Origin: Mobula birostris
Taxonomy: Eukaryota
Reading direction: 5' to 3'
NCBI RefSeq assembly: GCF_030028105.1
Contig: NC_092385.1
Location: 25,758,774-25,822,773, forward strand
DNA length: 64,000 bases
Position numbers and translations under genes: made by a program. The notes beneath the pieces were generated by a model. That model was not told where the DNA came from. It made no database searches and saw only the letters and a program-made list of their open reading frames with translations. Positions 1 through 11,720 of the stretch are shown here, piece after piece (the stretch's first letter is position 1; every line of letters starts with the position of its first letter).

Positions 1-409
1 AAGGCAGGAAAATGGGGTTGAGAAGCATAATAAATCAGCCATGACGGAATGGTGAAAGAGATATGATGGGCCAAATAAACAAATTCTGCTGTTGTGTCGT
101 GTGGTAGGAGTTCAAGAAAGAGGCACGTGTTAAAGGTCAGTCAAGAGCTTACTGAATATATGAGAATGCATAAGGAGTCACATGACATTCCCTTATTTAT
201 TATTGATCCCCGTGAACTACCAAAAAATAGCAGCTTTTGCCAAATAATGTCACAATCCACTCCTCATAAAGAGTTGTGGTTATCTTCCAGTTTGCTTTTT
301 TCCGGAGAACCCTTGTATTTCACATTGTTAACATAGGCATTTATGGGAGCTTGCCATGTATAAATTGATTGCGGTGTTTCATACAACACTAACTAGAACT
401 CACAATAGT

Positions 410-1620
410 TATCTCCAGAGACGGCTTATCCACTGATCCAAAGGACTCTCACCACTACCTGGACTGTACCCCGTGCCACCCTGCTACTTGTAAAAATGCC
501 ATCCCCTTGTCTCAGCCGCATCTGCTCTCAGGATGAGGCTTTCCATTCTAGAATGAAGATGTCCTTTTTCAAAGAAAGTGGATTCCATTTTTCCACCATC
601 AATGCTGCCCTCAACCACAACTCTTCCACTTTACACACGTCTGCTCTGAACCCATCCTCCCGCCATGCTACCAGGAATAGGGTTCCTCTTGTCCTCACCT
701 ACCACCCCATCAGCCTCCCCGTCCAGCACAAAATTCTCTACGATGTCCGCCACCTCCAACTGGATCCCACCACTAAACACATCTTTCTCTCACTCCCACT
801 TTATGCTTTCCGCAGGGATCGCTCCCTAGGTGACTCCCTTGTCCATTCGTCCCTCCCCACTGATTCCCTCCTGTCAGTTATTCTTGCAAGTGGAACAAGT
901 GTCTCACCTGCCCCTACACCTCCTCCCTCACTACCATTTAGGGCCCCAAACAGTCCCTTCACCCGTCAGTCTGTTGGGGTCATTTAATGTGCTTGGTGCT
1001 CCCAGTGTGGCCTCTTGTGTATCAGTGAGACCCGACATAGATTGGTAGACCACTTTGCCGAGCACCTACGCTTGTCTGCCAGATCAAGTGGGATCTTCCA
1101 GTGGCCACCCATTTTAATTCCACTTCTCATTCTAATATGTCCATCCATGGCTTCCTCCACTGTCGGGTAAGGCCACACTTAGGTTGGAGGAACACCTTAT
1201 ATTCCGTCAGGGGAGCCTCCAACCTGATGGCATGAACATCAATTTCTCAAAGTTCCAGTAATACCTCCCCCCCCCCACCCACCCACCTACCTACCTTCAC
1301 CGTTTCCCCTCCCTGTGTCCCTCTTTCATGTTATCTCCTTGCCCATCCATCATCTTCCTCTGGTGCTCCTCACCACCCCCTCCCTTTCTTCTTTGTTCTG
1401 TGGCCTTCTGTCTCTTTCACCAATCAACTTCCTAGCTCTTTGCTTCATCCTCCCCCCCCCACTTATTGCCAGGCATTTCTCACTCCCCTCTCTCCCTTCT
1501 AACTCTGACTCATCTTTTTTTTCTCCAGCCCTGCTGAAGGGTTTTGGCCCTAAACGTTGACTGTACTTTTTTCCATAGATGCTGCCTGGCCTGCTGAGTT
1601 CCTACAGCATTTTGTGTGTG
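410..1620 (+). mobile_element. Penelope-like retroelement, 5'-truncated and degenerate (RT C-terminus, GIY-YIG, 3' tail with decayed hammerhead)
   Basis: ORF 496-987 (RICSQDEAFHSR...RVPLVLTYHP...DPTTKHIF) aligns by eye to the 707-aa ORF at 54569-56692; the tail AGATGCTGCCTGGCCTGCTGAGTTCC is shared. Confidence 0.9.
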
Positions 1621-2279
1621 TTACTCACAGTACTTCACTGGGCAAAAAAGGACTTTGCAGCAGGAATTCTTAACTTCAAAAAGGAAAGGTTAAAACACGT
1701 AGCTTGGTCCCCAGTTGTCTTAAAACCTTCCTGGACCAGACGTTACCCGGTGAAGCCCATATGGTAGCTACGACCACCCCGCGTTAAATCATACATGGGC
1801 ATCTTCTAATTCTCAGAATGCTGGCGTGGGCCCAGGTCACCATCAGCCCTGAGGTACTACATAATAGACACCAGAGTCTTCAGATGCTAAAATTTGAAAT
1901 CTGGAGCAATAAACAATACGCTTGGGGCGGGGGGCGGGGCGCTTAGCAGGTCATGCATCATCGATAGAGGGAAATTGTCAATCTAAAGGTCTCCATTCGA
2001 AATGCCGACTGTCATTCTCCCTTTTCGGATGCTGCGTGACCCGCTGAGTTGCTCGGGCATTGTGTTTGACGAGCTATCTAAGGAGCTTCTCATCCATTGC
2101 ATTAGCGGTGTCGTTTTCTCCATCTCCTATATGTTTCTGCCCTGTTGCCCCTACCACCAGAAATCAGTTATATTTTGAATCACGAGAGATTCTGCAGATG
2201 CTGGAAATCTTCAGCACTGCACAGACACAAAGTACTGGAAGAACTCAGCGGGTCAGAAAGCCTCCCGCAGCATGGCCAG

Positions 2280-2449
2280 TCCCCGCATTGACATGGCGCC
2301 CGCTCGGTTTCAAAGAGCGGACGCCCGGCTCGGTTGCGGACGCGAATGGCGATTGGCTGGCTGGGGCGCGGGAAGTGACGTGCCCGGGCCGGTCGGGGGC
2401 CTAGTGCTGCGCTGAGGCCTGCTGCCGGTTTTCGTCGCCTGGCGGTGGG
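2280..2449 (+). promoter_or_regulatory. CpG-rich promoter/5'UTR of RPP14-HTD2
   Basis: Local CpG enrichment; inverted CCAAT box (ATTGG 2352-2356); GGAAGTGACGT ETS-CRE-like composite at 2371-2381, just upstream of the ATG. Confidence 0.7.
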
Positions 2450-2541
2450 ATGATTGGCGCTGGCGAGCAGCGGGCGGGCGCAGTGTACGAGAGGCGCGTT
2501 TACAAGAATGTCTCTGACTACCAGTACATGAAGGTCCGCCT
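2450..2541 (+). CDS. RPP14: RPP14 (RNase P/MRP subunit p14) coding exon 1
   Basis: MIGAGEQRAGAVYERRVYKNVSDYQYMKVR(L), matching the RPP14 YERVVYKN..Y.YMKV.L motif; donor GTGAGT. Confidence 0.92.
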
Positions 2542-2653
2542 GTGAGTGATAGAGGGCGATCTGATGTGGTTCCGCTGCGCACAAGGCTTGTGGTTTTCTG
2601 GTGTGCCACTCAACTCATTCTGTTTCTCTTTTTCTCAATGCAACGATAAATAG

Positions 2654-2738
2654 GGAATTCGAAGCCCCGGGATTCAGGCTGAATGATGTCTCCTTTAAAC
2701 AGATGATCATCTCAGCCCTCAGGGGTTTGCACGGAGAG
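2654..2738 (+). CDS. RPP14: RPP14 coding exon 2
   Basis: EFEAPGFRLNDVSFKQMIISALRGLHGE; TAG acceptor, GTACGT donor; phase consistent. Confidence 0.93.
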
Positions 2739-2742
2739 GTAC

Positions 2743-3188
2743 GTCAAGTCAAGTCACTTTTTATTGTCATTTCATGCATAACTGTTGGTACAGAACATAG
2801 TAAAAATGAGACAACGTTTTCCAGGACCATAGTGCTACATGAAACAATACAAAACTATACTGAACTACGTAAGAAAAAACACAAAAACTACACTAGACCA
2901 CGGACCTATCCAGGACTGCATAAAGTGCACAAAACAGTGCAGGCACTACAATAAATAATAAGACAGTAGGCACAGTAGAGGGTATAGTAGGTTGGTGTCA
3001 AGCCAGGCTCTGGGTATTGAAGAGTCTGATGGCTTGGGGGAAGAAACTGTTACGTAGTCTGGTCGTGAGAGCCTGAATGCTTCGGTGCCTTTTTCCAGGT
3101 GGCAGGAGGGAGAAGAGTTTACATGAGGGGTGCGTGGGGTCCTTCATAATGCTGTTTGCTTTACGGATGCAGCGTGTGGTGTAAATGT
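2743..3188 (-). mobile_element. Rex1/Babar-like LINE 3' fragment
   Basis: On the minus strand, AATAAA followed by a (TGACT)n tail and HP...LLPPGKRHRSI-type C-terminal coding; possible GTAC TSD. Confidence 0.7.
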
Positions 3189-3497
3189 GTACTATAACGC
3201 GAGTTTACAGTATATACAAATAATGGCATGTTGAACCAGGAGTAAAATTATTCTCCCTTCTCCATCAACTTTGCAGTTTGTAATTATCTCAAGAATTTGG
3301 AATATATACATTTTCAAATGTTGTTTGCCGTTGATTTTATATCTTCCAGTCATCTGTTTGCACATTAATGTGAAAAATTGCCTTTGTTTACATTCCCTAA
3401 CTGAATTGTTATTTTTACAAAATCCTTGTGGTGCATTATACTCTCTTAAAAAACGTTGTGAAGTCTTTGATTTGTTCAGCCATCTATGCCACACATA

Positions 3498-4830
3498 CAG
3501 ATTTCCCCTGCTATCCGAAGGTAGAGCGATCCTATGAAGTAGTTCATAAGCCGGAATGTCGTAAAGTGAATAAGCAATTACCATTTACTAATATGGGAAA
3601 AATTTTTGAGCGTTCCCAGACCCAAAGAATAACCTACAAAATCATGCCAAATAACATATAAATCCTAAAATAACAGTAACATATAGTAAGAGCAGGAATG
3701 ATATAAATACACAGCCTGTATAAAGTAGAAATACTTTTCTGCAGCACTGTCTAGCACAGCAAAAATCTTGCGGAAGCGCTCCCAGCAGAAACACACTCTC
3801 CAGTAACCTTTAAGTTATGAAGCTGCCAAATCATACCAAATAACACATAAAAATGCACAGCCTATATAAAGTAGAAATAATGTATGTACAGTGTAGTTTC
3901 ACTTACTGGAATCGGGAAGACTCCAATAAATTGCAGTTTCGTCACAGTTAAACACTTCCTTATATGAATAACCACCTGACACCATCGGCAATTGCCTCTG
4001 ATCTGGGCCAATATTTACGTGCAGGGTGGCACCTAATTAATTCGCATGTTTATTTTGGCTTTTTTCTTAAAGATGTGCTGGGTGCGTTCCGACTACCGCT
4101 GCACTGCTTCATTCTTCGCGGCAATGTATCGGTCCGTGGCCCGGAGGTTGGGGACCACTGCTTAAACTATGAAGCTGCCCTCGCCTCAGAAACCGATCAA
4201 ACCACCCATGACTACCTTTAAATTCCACTTTTGCAACACTTTCATCACCATCGTCCAGTGCTTTCTGTTTCAGCTTACTAAAACGACTGACTAATTTCTT
4301 CTTAAGTATAAGAAAACTTAACGGAACACCATGCTTTGTACACCCATCAATCCACTCAAGCAATAGACTTTCCATTTTATCCATTATTGGATGCCAACTA
4401 AGAGAGACCACTTGGCTATGAGCAGAACCAACAGTAACATCGGCAGCTTTCAAAATTCTTTATCTGCGTATAAATAGTGCGAATGGTGGACGCAGCAAGT
4501 TCAATGCACGGACAATGTCCTTATTTCGTTCACCACAATCGAAACACTTAATTATGTCTAGTTTTACGCTAAGTGTAACACTCTTACAAGCTCTTTCAGG
4601 CTTTTCCAATACCTTAGAACTCATCTTGCTAACGGATGCACAAAATAAATAGAGATAAAGCACGTGTTTAAGCAATGCAGTTCCAGGGGAGGAGCTTGGC
4701 TGTTCGGGCGCTCGCTGCCTTTTTCGTAACAGTGAAAACACCTTCTGTTAGCGAAAATAGGTAACTAATGTAAATCTTTCATAACAGCGAGGTGTCGTAA
4801 AGCAAACGTTTGGAAAACGGGGGCCACCTG
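3498..4830 (-). mobile_element. Tigger/pogo-like DNA transposon, internally deleted
   Basis: TA flanks; imperfect CAG...CTG TIRs; minus-strand fragments KSVTLSVKLDII (psq HTH) and MESLLLEWI...FKGSHGWFDRF (CENP-B/Tc5 HTH). A hAT-like end (GGTTGGGGACCACTG, ~4146-4160) is nested inside. Confidence 0.85.
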
Positions 4831-4952
4831 TAATAACTGGTTGCATGTGGTATGTGTGTATGAATATCTTTCTGGTAAATTACTTAGTTTAGAATCTTCC
4901 TCCAGGTATCACTGAACTAAGCTATTCTCGCAGAAAAGACTCTTGTAAGCCC

Positions 4953-5424
4953 AAACATGAGGAAATCTGCGCTGAAAATCCAAAGCAGCACACTCAAAAC
5001 GCCAGAGGAACTCACCAGGTCAAACAGCATCTATGGAAAAGAATGACTTTTTGGACTGATAGGCTTCTTCAGGGCTGAGGGGGAAGGGGGGAGGTGCCTG
5101 AATTAGATGTAGGGAGAGAAAAGAGACTCACTGGAAGGTAATAGATGAAGCCAGGTGGGTGGGAAAGGTCCCTTCCATTTCTCCTGTTGTCATATCAGAT
5201 TTGTTCTTCTCTAGCCCTTGACCTTTCCCACCCACCGGACTTCTCCTATTACCTTCAGGCCAGCCTTTTTCCTCTTCTTCCCCCCCCCCCAACCCCGCCA
5301 TTTAATTCAGACATCTCCCCCCCCCCCACCTTCCCTCTCAGTCCTGAAGAAGGGTCTCGGCCCAAAAAATCGAGTGTTTGCTCTTTTCCATCGATGCTGC
5401 CTGATCTGCTGACTTCCTAGAACC
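4953..5424. repeat. Inverted pair of Penelope 3' tails
   Basis: A minus-strand tail (~4953-5170) is joined to a plus-strand tail (~5171-5424) with a decayed hammerhead at 5340-5375. Confidence 0.7.
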
Positions 5425-6475
5425 TTTCTGTATTTTTATAAGCTGCTGCTGTGTTCATTGGGGGGTGGGGTAAGTTATGTAGTAATGGAGCTTTATCATC
5501 GGATGGTTTGCTGTACTATTTGATTCTCCTAAATGGCTCCAACTGCTTTCTCCACAAATTTATCAAAGTACATATATGTAACCTCATATAACTTTGAGAT
5601 GTGTTTTCTTGTGGTAAATCCAAGAAACACAATAGAATCAATGAAAAACTGCATCCAGTAGGATGGACAAACAACCAATATGCAAAAGACAACAATCTCT
5701 GCAAATACAAAAGAGAAAAATAATTAAATAAGCAATAATTATTGAGAACACAAGATGAAGAGTCCTTGGAAGTGAGTTCATAGGATGTGGGAACATTTCA
5801 ATGATGGGGCAAGTGAAGTTATCTCTAGTTCAAGAGCCTGATAGTTGAGGGATAATAACTGTTCCTAAGCCTGGTGCTGTGGGTCCTGAGGCTGCTGTAC
5901 CTCCTTCCTGATGGCAAAAGCTTTTCCATTCAAGGGCACTGCTGTTTCCTTAGAAATGGAAAGTTTATTTTTCACCCCAGACACAGCTTATGTTATATGT
6001 TTTCCTGTGTACAAACTGTTAATTCTTTTTATTCCACTGTTCACTATTACAAATGAAATATTTCATTGTAAGTGAGGAGAGTTTTAAGACCACCCCCAAG
6101 ACTGGGACAAATTCTAGTTCATTGCTTCAGGCTGACACATATCAGTGTTAATTGTGATATTGAACTGAAGATTAACTAGTCTTTTAAGCAATTATGTTTA
6201 TAAAATGCATTGCACAATTCAAAGAAAAGTAACAGGTTCTTACTATCCTGGCCTGTATTTATCAACATTAGCATCATCCAATGTAGCACAGCTAAAACTG
6301 GAATTGTATTTACAATTTCATGTTTATCTCTGCTATATCACCCATTTATTGCAATTTTTTCATTCTCTTGGGGGAAGTAGTCACTTTAGTCATTTTTCTC
6401 TATTGAAAATGCACTTTAATGTAAAATAGAGGTTCATATCTGATGCTTAATGTTGTAAAAATGTAAATTTTGCAG

Positions 6476-6552
6476 ATTGGTGCTGCCTTGCCTATTGATG
6501 TTCTGAAACTTGAAGAGCAATCATTAACAGCGATACTAAGGGTGAGAGGAAG
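6476..6552 (+). CDS. RPP14: RPP14 coding exon 3
   Basis: IGAALPIDVLKLEEQSLTAILRVRG(S); CAG/GTGAGT. Confidence 0.93.
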
Positions 6553-7642
6553 GTGAGTGTGCATGTTAATGTACAAAGACATTTGCTGATTTGAATACGG
6601 TAACAGCAATATAGAAGTAATCACTGTGTATTTTATAAGGCTATGTTAGAAGTAGCAATGACTGAATCAGAACTGGTTTTGTTTGTGTAAGTAAGTGGAG
6701 TACACTTCATCTGTAATCATACCCAGCAGAATGACACTTTACTCTAGAGAGAAATTTTAACTAATTGTTTTTTTCTGTCTTATTCCCTTTGCAGCTAGAG
6801 TTGATTTTGCAAATTCCCTTCCTCATCAAATTGGTAACTAGTTCTCTCTCCTTTTGGCTTATCTTCCCTCAGGAAAAACTACTTGGCATTTCTGCTTTTT
6901 TGCAAGCAACCAACATTCCTTTCTTTCAAGAGTTCTTGAGCTTAATATTGTCTCTTTGATCTTTGCTCATCTTTCCTACGGCTCTGTTTTTGAGTCTGTG
7001 TGTTTGAATTTTTTTTCTCACCAGTATATTAACATTGACATTTGACTTGCTTAACCTTTCTTCGACTATTGTCATGCTTGATCCCAACTCTGGTCACTCA
7101 AGTCCTTCATACAAAATCCACCCTGGTAGAATGGTATTCCATTCCAGCCTATTTGATCCTTACCATGTCATTGATAGCAGTGGATTTCTTTCCTGGCTTT
7201 GTACCTTCACCCTCTCTCACAATCTCCATGCTCTTGTATATCCCTATGTCATTGTCGAAGATTAAGACAGATTACAGTTTTAGTGTTAAATGTTTATCTG
7301 CAATAAACTCCATCCCAATCACTGCAATCAAAATGTTGGCTCTTACAAAGCCTGGCTACCTGCTTCCTATCCCACACCAAGCTCTAATCATAGACTAACA
7401 ATATCACTGTAAACCTGTCCTGTCCAAGTGGCTTTTAAATGTCATCATCATAGTCAGCTCAACTACTTTCTCCAGCAGCTTATTTCATGCAAACAACATT
7501 CTCTGTGTGGGTCCCTTTTAAGTCTCCTCTCACCTGTGCTCTTAGTTTTTGGTTATATTTCCCTGGGGAAAAAGACGGAATGCATTCACTCTTATCTGCC
7601 CCTCATGATTTCATACAACTCTGTGTAAGGTAGCTTCTAAGG

Positions 7643-8822
7643 CAGGGGTAGGCAACCTACGGCCCATGGGCCACATCAGGTCCGCGAAGGTATTTTGACC
7701 AGCCCGTGAGCAAATACTGAGATACTATGCTTATCCCGTCAGCGAGCGATTTTTCCTTATTTTGAGTGTTTCACGCGACCATACTGATGGACATGCATGG
7801 CGTCTTGCTACACTGGCCCCAGGTTCCGTTTTGTTCCAAACCAAACACTGGTATATACGAATGACGGGAAGGCAGACTACCTTATTAATATGTATTATAG
7901 ATATTCTCCGTGCACGCGCAGGTTTTCAGATGGGATCATTCAAATTTGTAAATAGAAACAGCGTCACTGTGTTTTAACAAGAAATCCATGCTAAATATCC
8001 AAATAGGGTATTTACATGTGCTGCGATACTTGTTGAATAACTCGCGTTTCGAAATAAAATGAAAGAAAAAAATTCCAATGGCAATGAATGCAAAATGCAG
8101 AAAGGTAGACGCTGAGTGCCGAAAAAGCAGTGAAAATGAAGGAAATACCCATGCCAGCTACAAAGTCTCAAAACATATTGCAGAAAAGATGAAGCCTTTT
8201 ACAAGTGGAGAGTTTGTCAAGAATGTTTACTGGCAGTGGTGGATATTGTTTGCCCTGAAAAGAAATCTTTATTTGCATCTATCAGCCTGTCAGCAAGAAC
8301 GATCACATGGCGAGTTGAAGAAATGTCAGCAGATGTTAAAAGTTGTTTGAGGGATGCCTGCAACGAATTGCATTTTTTTTTCAATTGCGCTTGGTGAGAG
8401 TACAGACTTGAGGGACACTGCTCAACTTGCAGTGTTTGTGCGAGGAGTGACTTCAATTTTTCAAATTTTTGAAGAGTTTATTCAATTAATTCCTATGAAG
8501 GACACGATTACTGGAGCAAACATTTTTGAAGCTTTGCTGAAAATTATGTCAGAAATGAAACTTAATGTGTCGAAGCTAATTGGCATCACAACTGATGGGG
8601 CACCAGCAATGGTGGGACAGAAAAACTAAACTGATTGGCATCCTTGGTAAACACAAATGATTTTCTAGCATGTGTTATTCATTAATTTGAGGTAAAACAT
8701 AACTAAATGTATTTAAATGGATAATTCCCATATTTCAAGTTTCTTATGGCATTTATCTGGCCCACCGTCTGCTCATTAATACGCGATCCGGCCCACAGAG
8801 GCAAAAAGGTTGCCAACCCCTG
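7643..8822 (+). mobile_element. hAT (Charlie/Buster-type) transposon, internally deleted
   Basis: TIRs CAGGGGTAGGCAACC / GGTTGCCAACCCCTG; perfect 8-bp TSD TTCTAAGG (7635-7642, 8823-8830); transposase remnants KPFTSGEFVK, FSIALGESTD..DTAQLAVFVR, ITTDGAPAMVG. Confidence 0.93.
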
Positions 8823-9624
8823 TTCTAAGGAATAAAGTCCCAGCCTGTTCAGCCTCTCACTAATAACTCCAGTCATCGAGTCCAGAGTCCTGCCCTAACT
8901 GATGAAGGTCAGTATGGCAAACAGCCTTTTCATTATCCCTTCTACTTGTGACACCTGTACCTCTGCCAGTCCTGCCGTACTTCCAACCATGTTTCTGTTA
9001 TGGCATTAGTATCCTGGTTCTCAAAGTTGCACCTTCCCCTGCCTTTATTAAATTCATGACTCCGAATGACCAAACACCAAGTTTAAATTATTAGCCTATT
9101 GTATAAATTCACACATGGCTACTCTAATCAATAGCCCTGTATTTCTTCCTTCTACTGAGATGAAAACTGATAATCGTAGAACCACGATTAGGCAGCAACC
9201 ATGGAAAAGGAAACAAGTTAACATTTCCCCCAATGAAGGGTCTCGGCCTGAAACTCAACTGTACCTCTTCCTATAGATGCTGCCTGGCCTGTTGCGTTCA
9301 CCAGCACTTTTTATGTGTGTTGCTTAACATTTCAGGTTGATCTGCAATTTTTATTTTGGCTGTTTCTGAGTCCTGCCTTTTTAAATTATTCCCTTTTCCT
9401 TCATTCGGGTATTGATAGCCATCCCTTTGCCAAGCTCTTCTGTTTCATTGATTTGCTCCTTTTCCTTAAAACATTAACTTTATCAATTGTTTTGTTAATT
9501 TCTCCAGATCACTCCCATTTCTTTCCATTTATGTACCATGAAGTGGCGATTTTCATTGGTGCTGTGTAAAATAGTTGTTGCTGTTTAAACTGCTGGAATA
9601 TATGACAAGACTGTTTGTTTACAG

Positions 9625-9703
9625 TGACCTTGTGAAGCTCTGGAGTGCGTTGACCCTGGTGGCATCCTATAAAGATACGAAGTGTGCTTTCAGAGTTATA
9701 CAG
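9625..9703 (+). CDS. RPP14: RPP14 coding exon 4
   Basis: DLVKLWSALTLVASYKDTKCAFRVIQ; CAG/GTATCA. Confidence 0.95.
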
Positions 9704-11031
9704 GTATCATATGCTTACTATACATGGCTAAAATTTAAGCTGTTTACTCACAGCAGACAAAGTATAGGACTAGGATTATCTAGTTTTAATCAAACTATTT
9801 AGCAGAACAGAATCTGCTGTGGGATTTGTTTAAGCTGTAAGATCAAGGTGCCACTTTCCCTTGCATATATCATCCAGAATTACTTGCAGTTATTTCTCTT
9901 TTCAAAGACTTTGTTGGAAGATAACAAAAATATTTTGGAGACATGAACACTGAAATATATCTCTGCTGCTTGTAGTGAATGTCATCATTCTAAATCACTG
10001 GGGATGGAGCATGCTAAATCAAGCCCATGGTTTCCACTGATACCAGTCTTGTAGCCACATTTAAAAGTTGCAGACATGAAACTCCCATTGCACTACCATT
10101 GTCACTGTAGTCCTTCTATGGAGTTGTTAATTAATTTAAAACCATAAGTATATGTTAAAATAAAAATCCTGAACTCAGCCTTTAAATGAAAGTCATTATG
10201 TGTGGCCTTGCTAGACTGACCAGCTTGGGTGAATGTAAAGCTTCAATGACCCAATCCAATTGTACCCATCCCCTTGTCTTAAATGTGTGTGCGATGTGCA
10301 TGCGCACAGATCTAGAATGCACTGTTGTATGTTCAGCAGCTAAATGCCAGCTTTCTACAAACCAGCCAGCTAGCTACAGTATCAGTGCATTCCGGCCCTT
10401 TAGCTGCTTTCCAGTCTATACGTGCTGCCTGGCCTGAGTCGTTCCAACGTCTATGTATTTTATATCATACCCTTTCTAATTCATTTTTAATATTGCTTCT
10501 GGCTCTGCTTCCTTTTCACTTGATACTTTTCCCTTATTTGATGTGTCATTAATTTTAAAGTTTAATAGAATTTTTCTACCCTAATATTTCTCTTTACATC
10601 CCTTGTACTCCCTGTTGCACCGGTTTGCTGCTCTGTGATTCTGACTTTTTAAATAGATCCTGTTTTTCATGAATCGGGAATGTTATCCTAAACGGATTGT
10701 TGTTTGACAGGCTGGTTTAATTTTTCAGCTAAGCCAGTAATTGCTTTCAGCAATTAACTGAAGTCAAGTGAAAGCGAAACATTCATGAATTCACTATAAG
10801 TAAGCAGTGCATCAAATTGGAAAGATAAATGAAATATATCTGTCAGATTGATGCATTGATATGAGTCTTAATGTTTACTTTTTTCCTTCCTGTAATTAAT
10901 TCACATAAAACTGCTAAAATGTTGTTGTCCTTTAAAGCATGTGAACTAATGATATAATCTTTAATTTTTTAAATTTGCAAATACTCATTGAGTTTACAAC
11001 AATTAATTGCATTTTTATTTCTTCTGTCTAG

Positions 11032-11088
11032 GTCTCTCCTTTTCTTCTTGCACTGTCGGGCAACAGTAGAGAATTTCTGCTGATTTGA
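11032..11088 (+). CDS. RPP14: RPP14 coding exon 5 (stop); the exon continues into HTD2
   Basis: VSPFLLALSGNSREFLLI*; polypyrimidine tract plus TAG acceptor; total CDS 390 nt = 129 aa + stop. Confidence 0.95.
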   Translation, partial: VSPFLLALSGNSREFLLI

Positions 11089-11139
11089 GATCATTGAACT
11101 GACTTGTTGTCTAGACTGGGTTATAACATTTTTGGAAGA

Positions 11140-11658
11140 ATGTCTTTCAGTGGTCCAAGAATTATGCTTGGTATATTTCAGAGAACATTAAAAATGAATC
11201 GGTGGCGTGCAGGTGGCATTGTGATGCTACACGATACTTTTCATAGGTCTGTGCACATTCAAGCTGGGGAGAGAGCTGAACTTACCAGAGTTTTTACACA
11301 GAGTGATGTATTTAACTTTGCAGAGTTAACAGGTGATACTAACCCGCTTCACCTTAGTGAGGATTATGCTAAAGCTCATAGATTTGAAAAACCAGTTGTG
11401 CATGGTATATTAGTATGTGGGTTAGTATCTGCTGTTCTGGGAACCAAAATACCCGGATGTGTTCTTCTATCACAAGAACTCCGTTTCCTCGCACCTTTGT
11501 ATGCAGGTGAACAAGTCTCTGCAGTTCTAGATATAACTAAAATTAAGAGATCTATTGCTTGGATTGCTGTTTCATGCATTGTCAATGAAAATAAGAAGAT
11601 TATTTTGAAAGGGGAAGTCAAGGTAATGCTGCCAGATGGTAAATGTCAAAATGTATAA
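11140..11658 (+). CDS. HTD2: Mitochondrial 3-hydroxyacyl-thioester dehydratase type 2 (MaoC hotdog fold), second cistron, 172 aa
   Basis: Hydratase-2 motif FAELTGDTNPLHLSEDYA, VVHG, SQELRFLAPLY; Arg-rich N-terminus free of acidic residues; 51 nt downstream of the RPP14 stop. Confidence 0.95.
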   Translation: MSFSGPRIMLGIFQRTLKMNRWRAGGIVMLHDTFHRSVHIQAGERAELTRVFTQSDVFNFAELTGDTNPLHLSEDYAKAHRFEKPVVHGILVCGLVSAVLGTKIPGCVLLSQELRFLAPLYAGEQVSAVLDITKIKRSIAWIAVSCIVNENKKIILKGEVKVMLPDGKCQNV

Positions 11659-11720
11659 CTATTCTGAAATTATGAAGTAATTTGTGAAATATTTTTAAGA
11701 TTGTATATTCTGTTCAAGCT

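Noticed and set aside
2060-2609. Overlapping 99-134 aa ORFs around the RPP14 promoter (similar ones at 27.4-27.8 kb)
   Set aside because: Expected stop-codon scarcity in GC-rich islands; no homology recognised.
8899-8905. Isolated CTGATGA (also at 18940) as hammerhead or snoRNA box
   Set aside because: No helix II/GAAA or partner box follows.
11104-11139. ORF-track start of HTD2 at 11104
   Set aside because: It is a TTG codon; the first ATG is at 11140.
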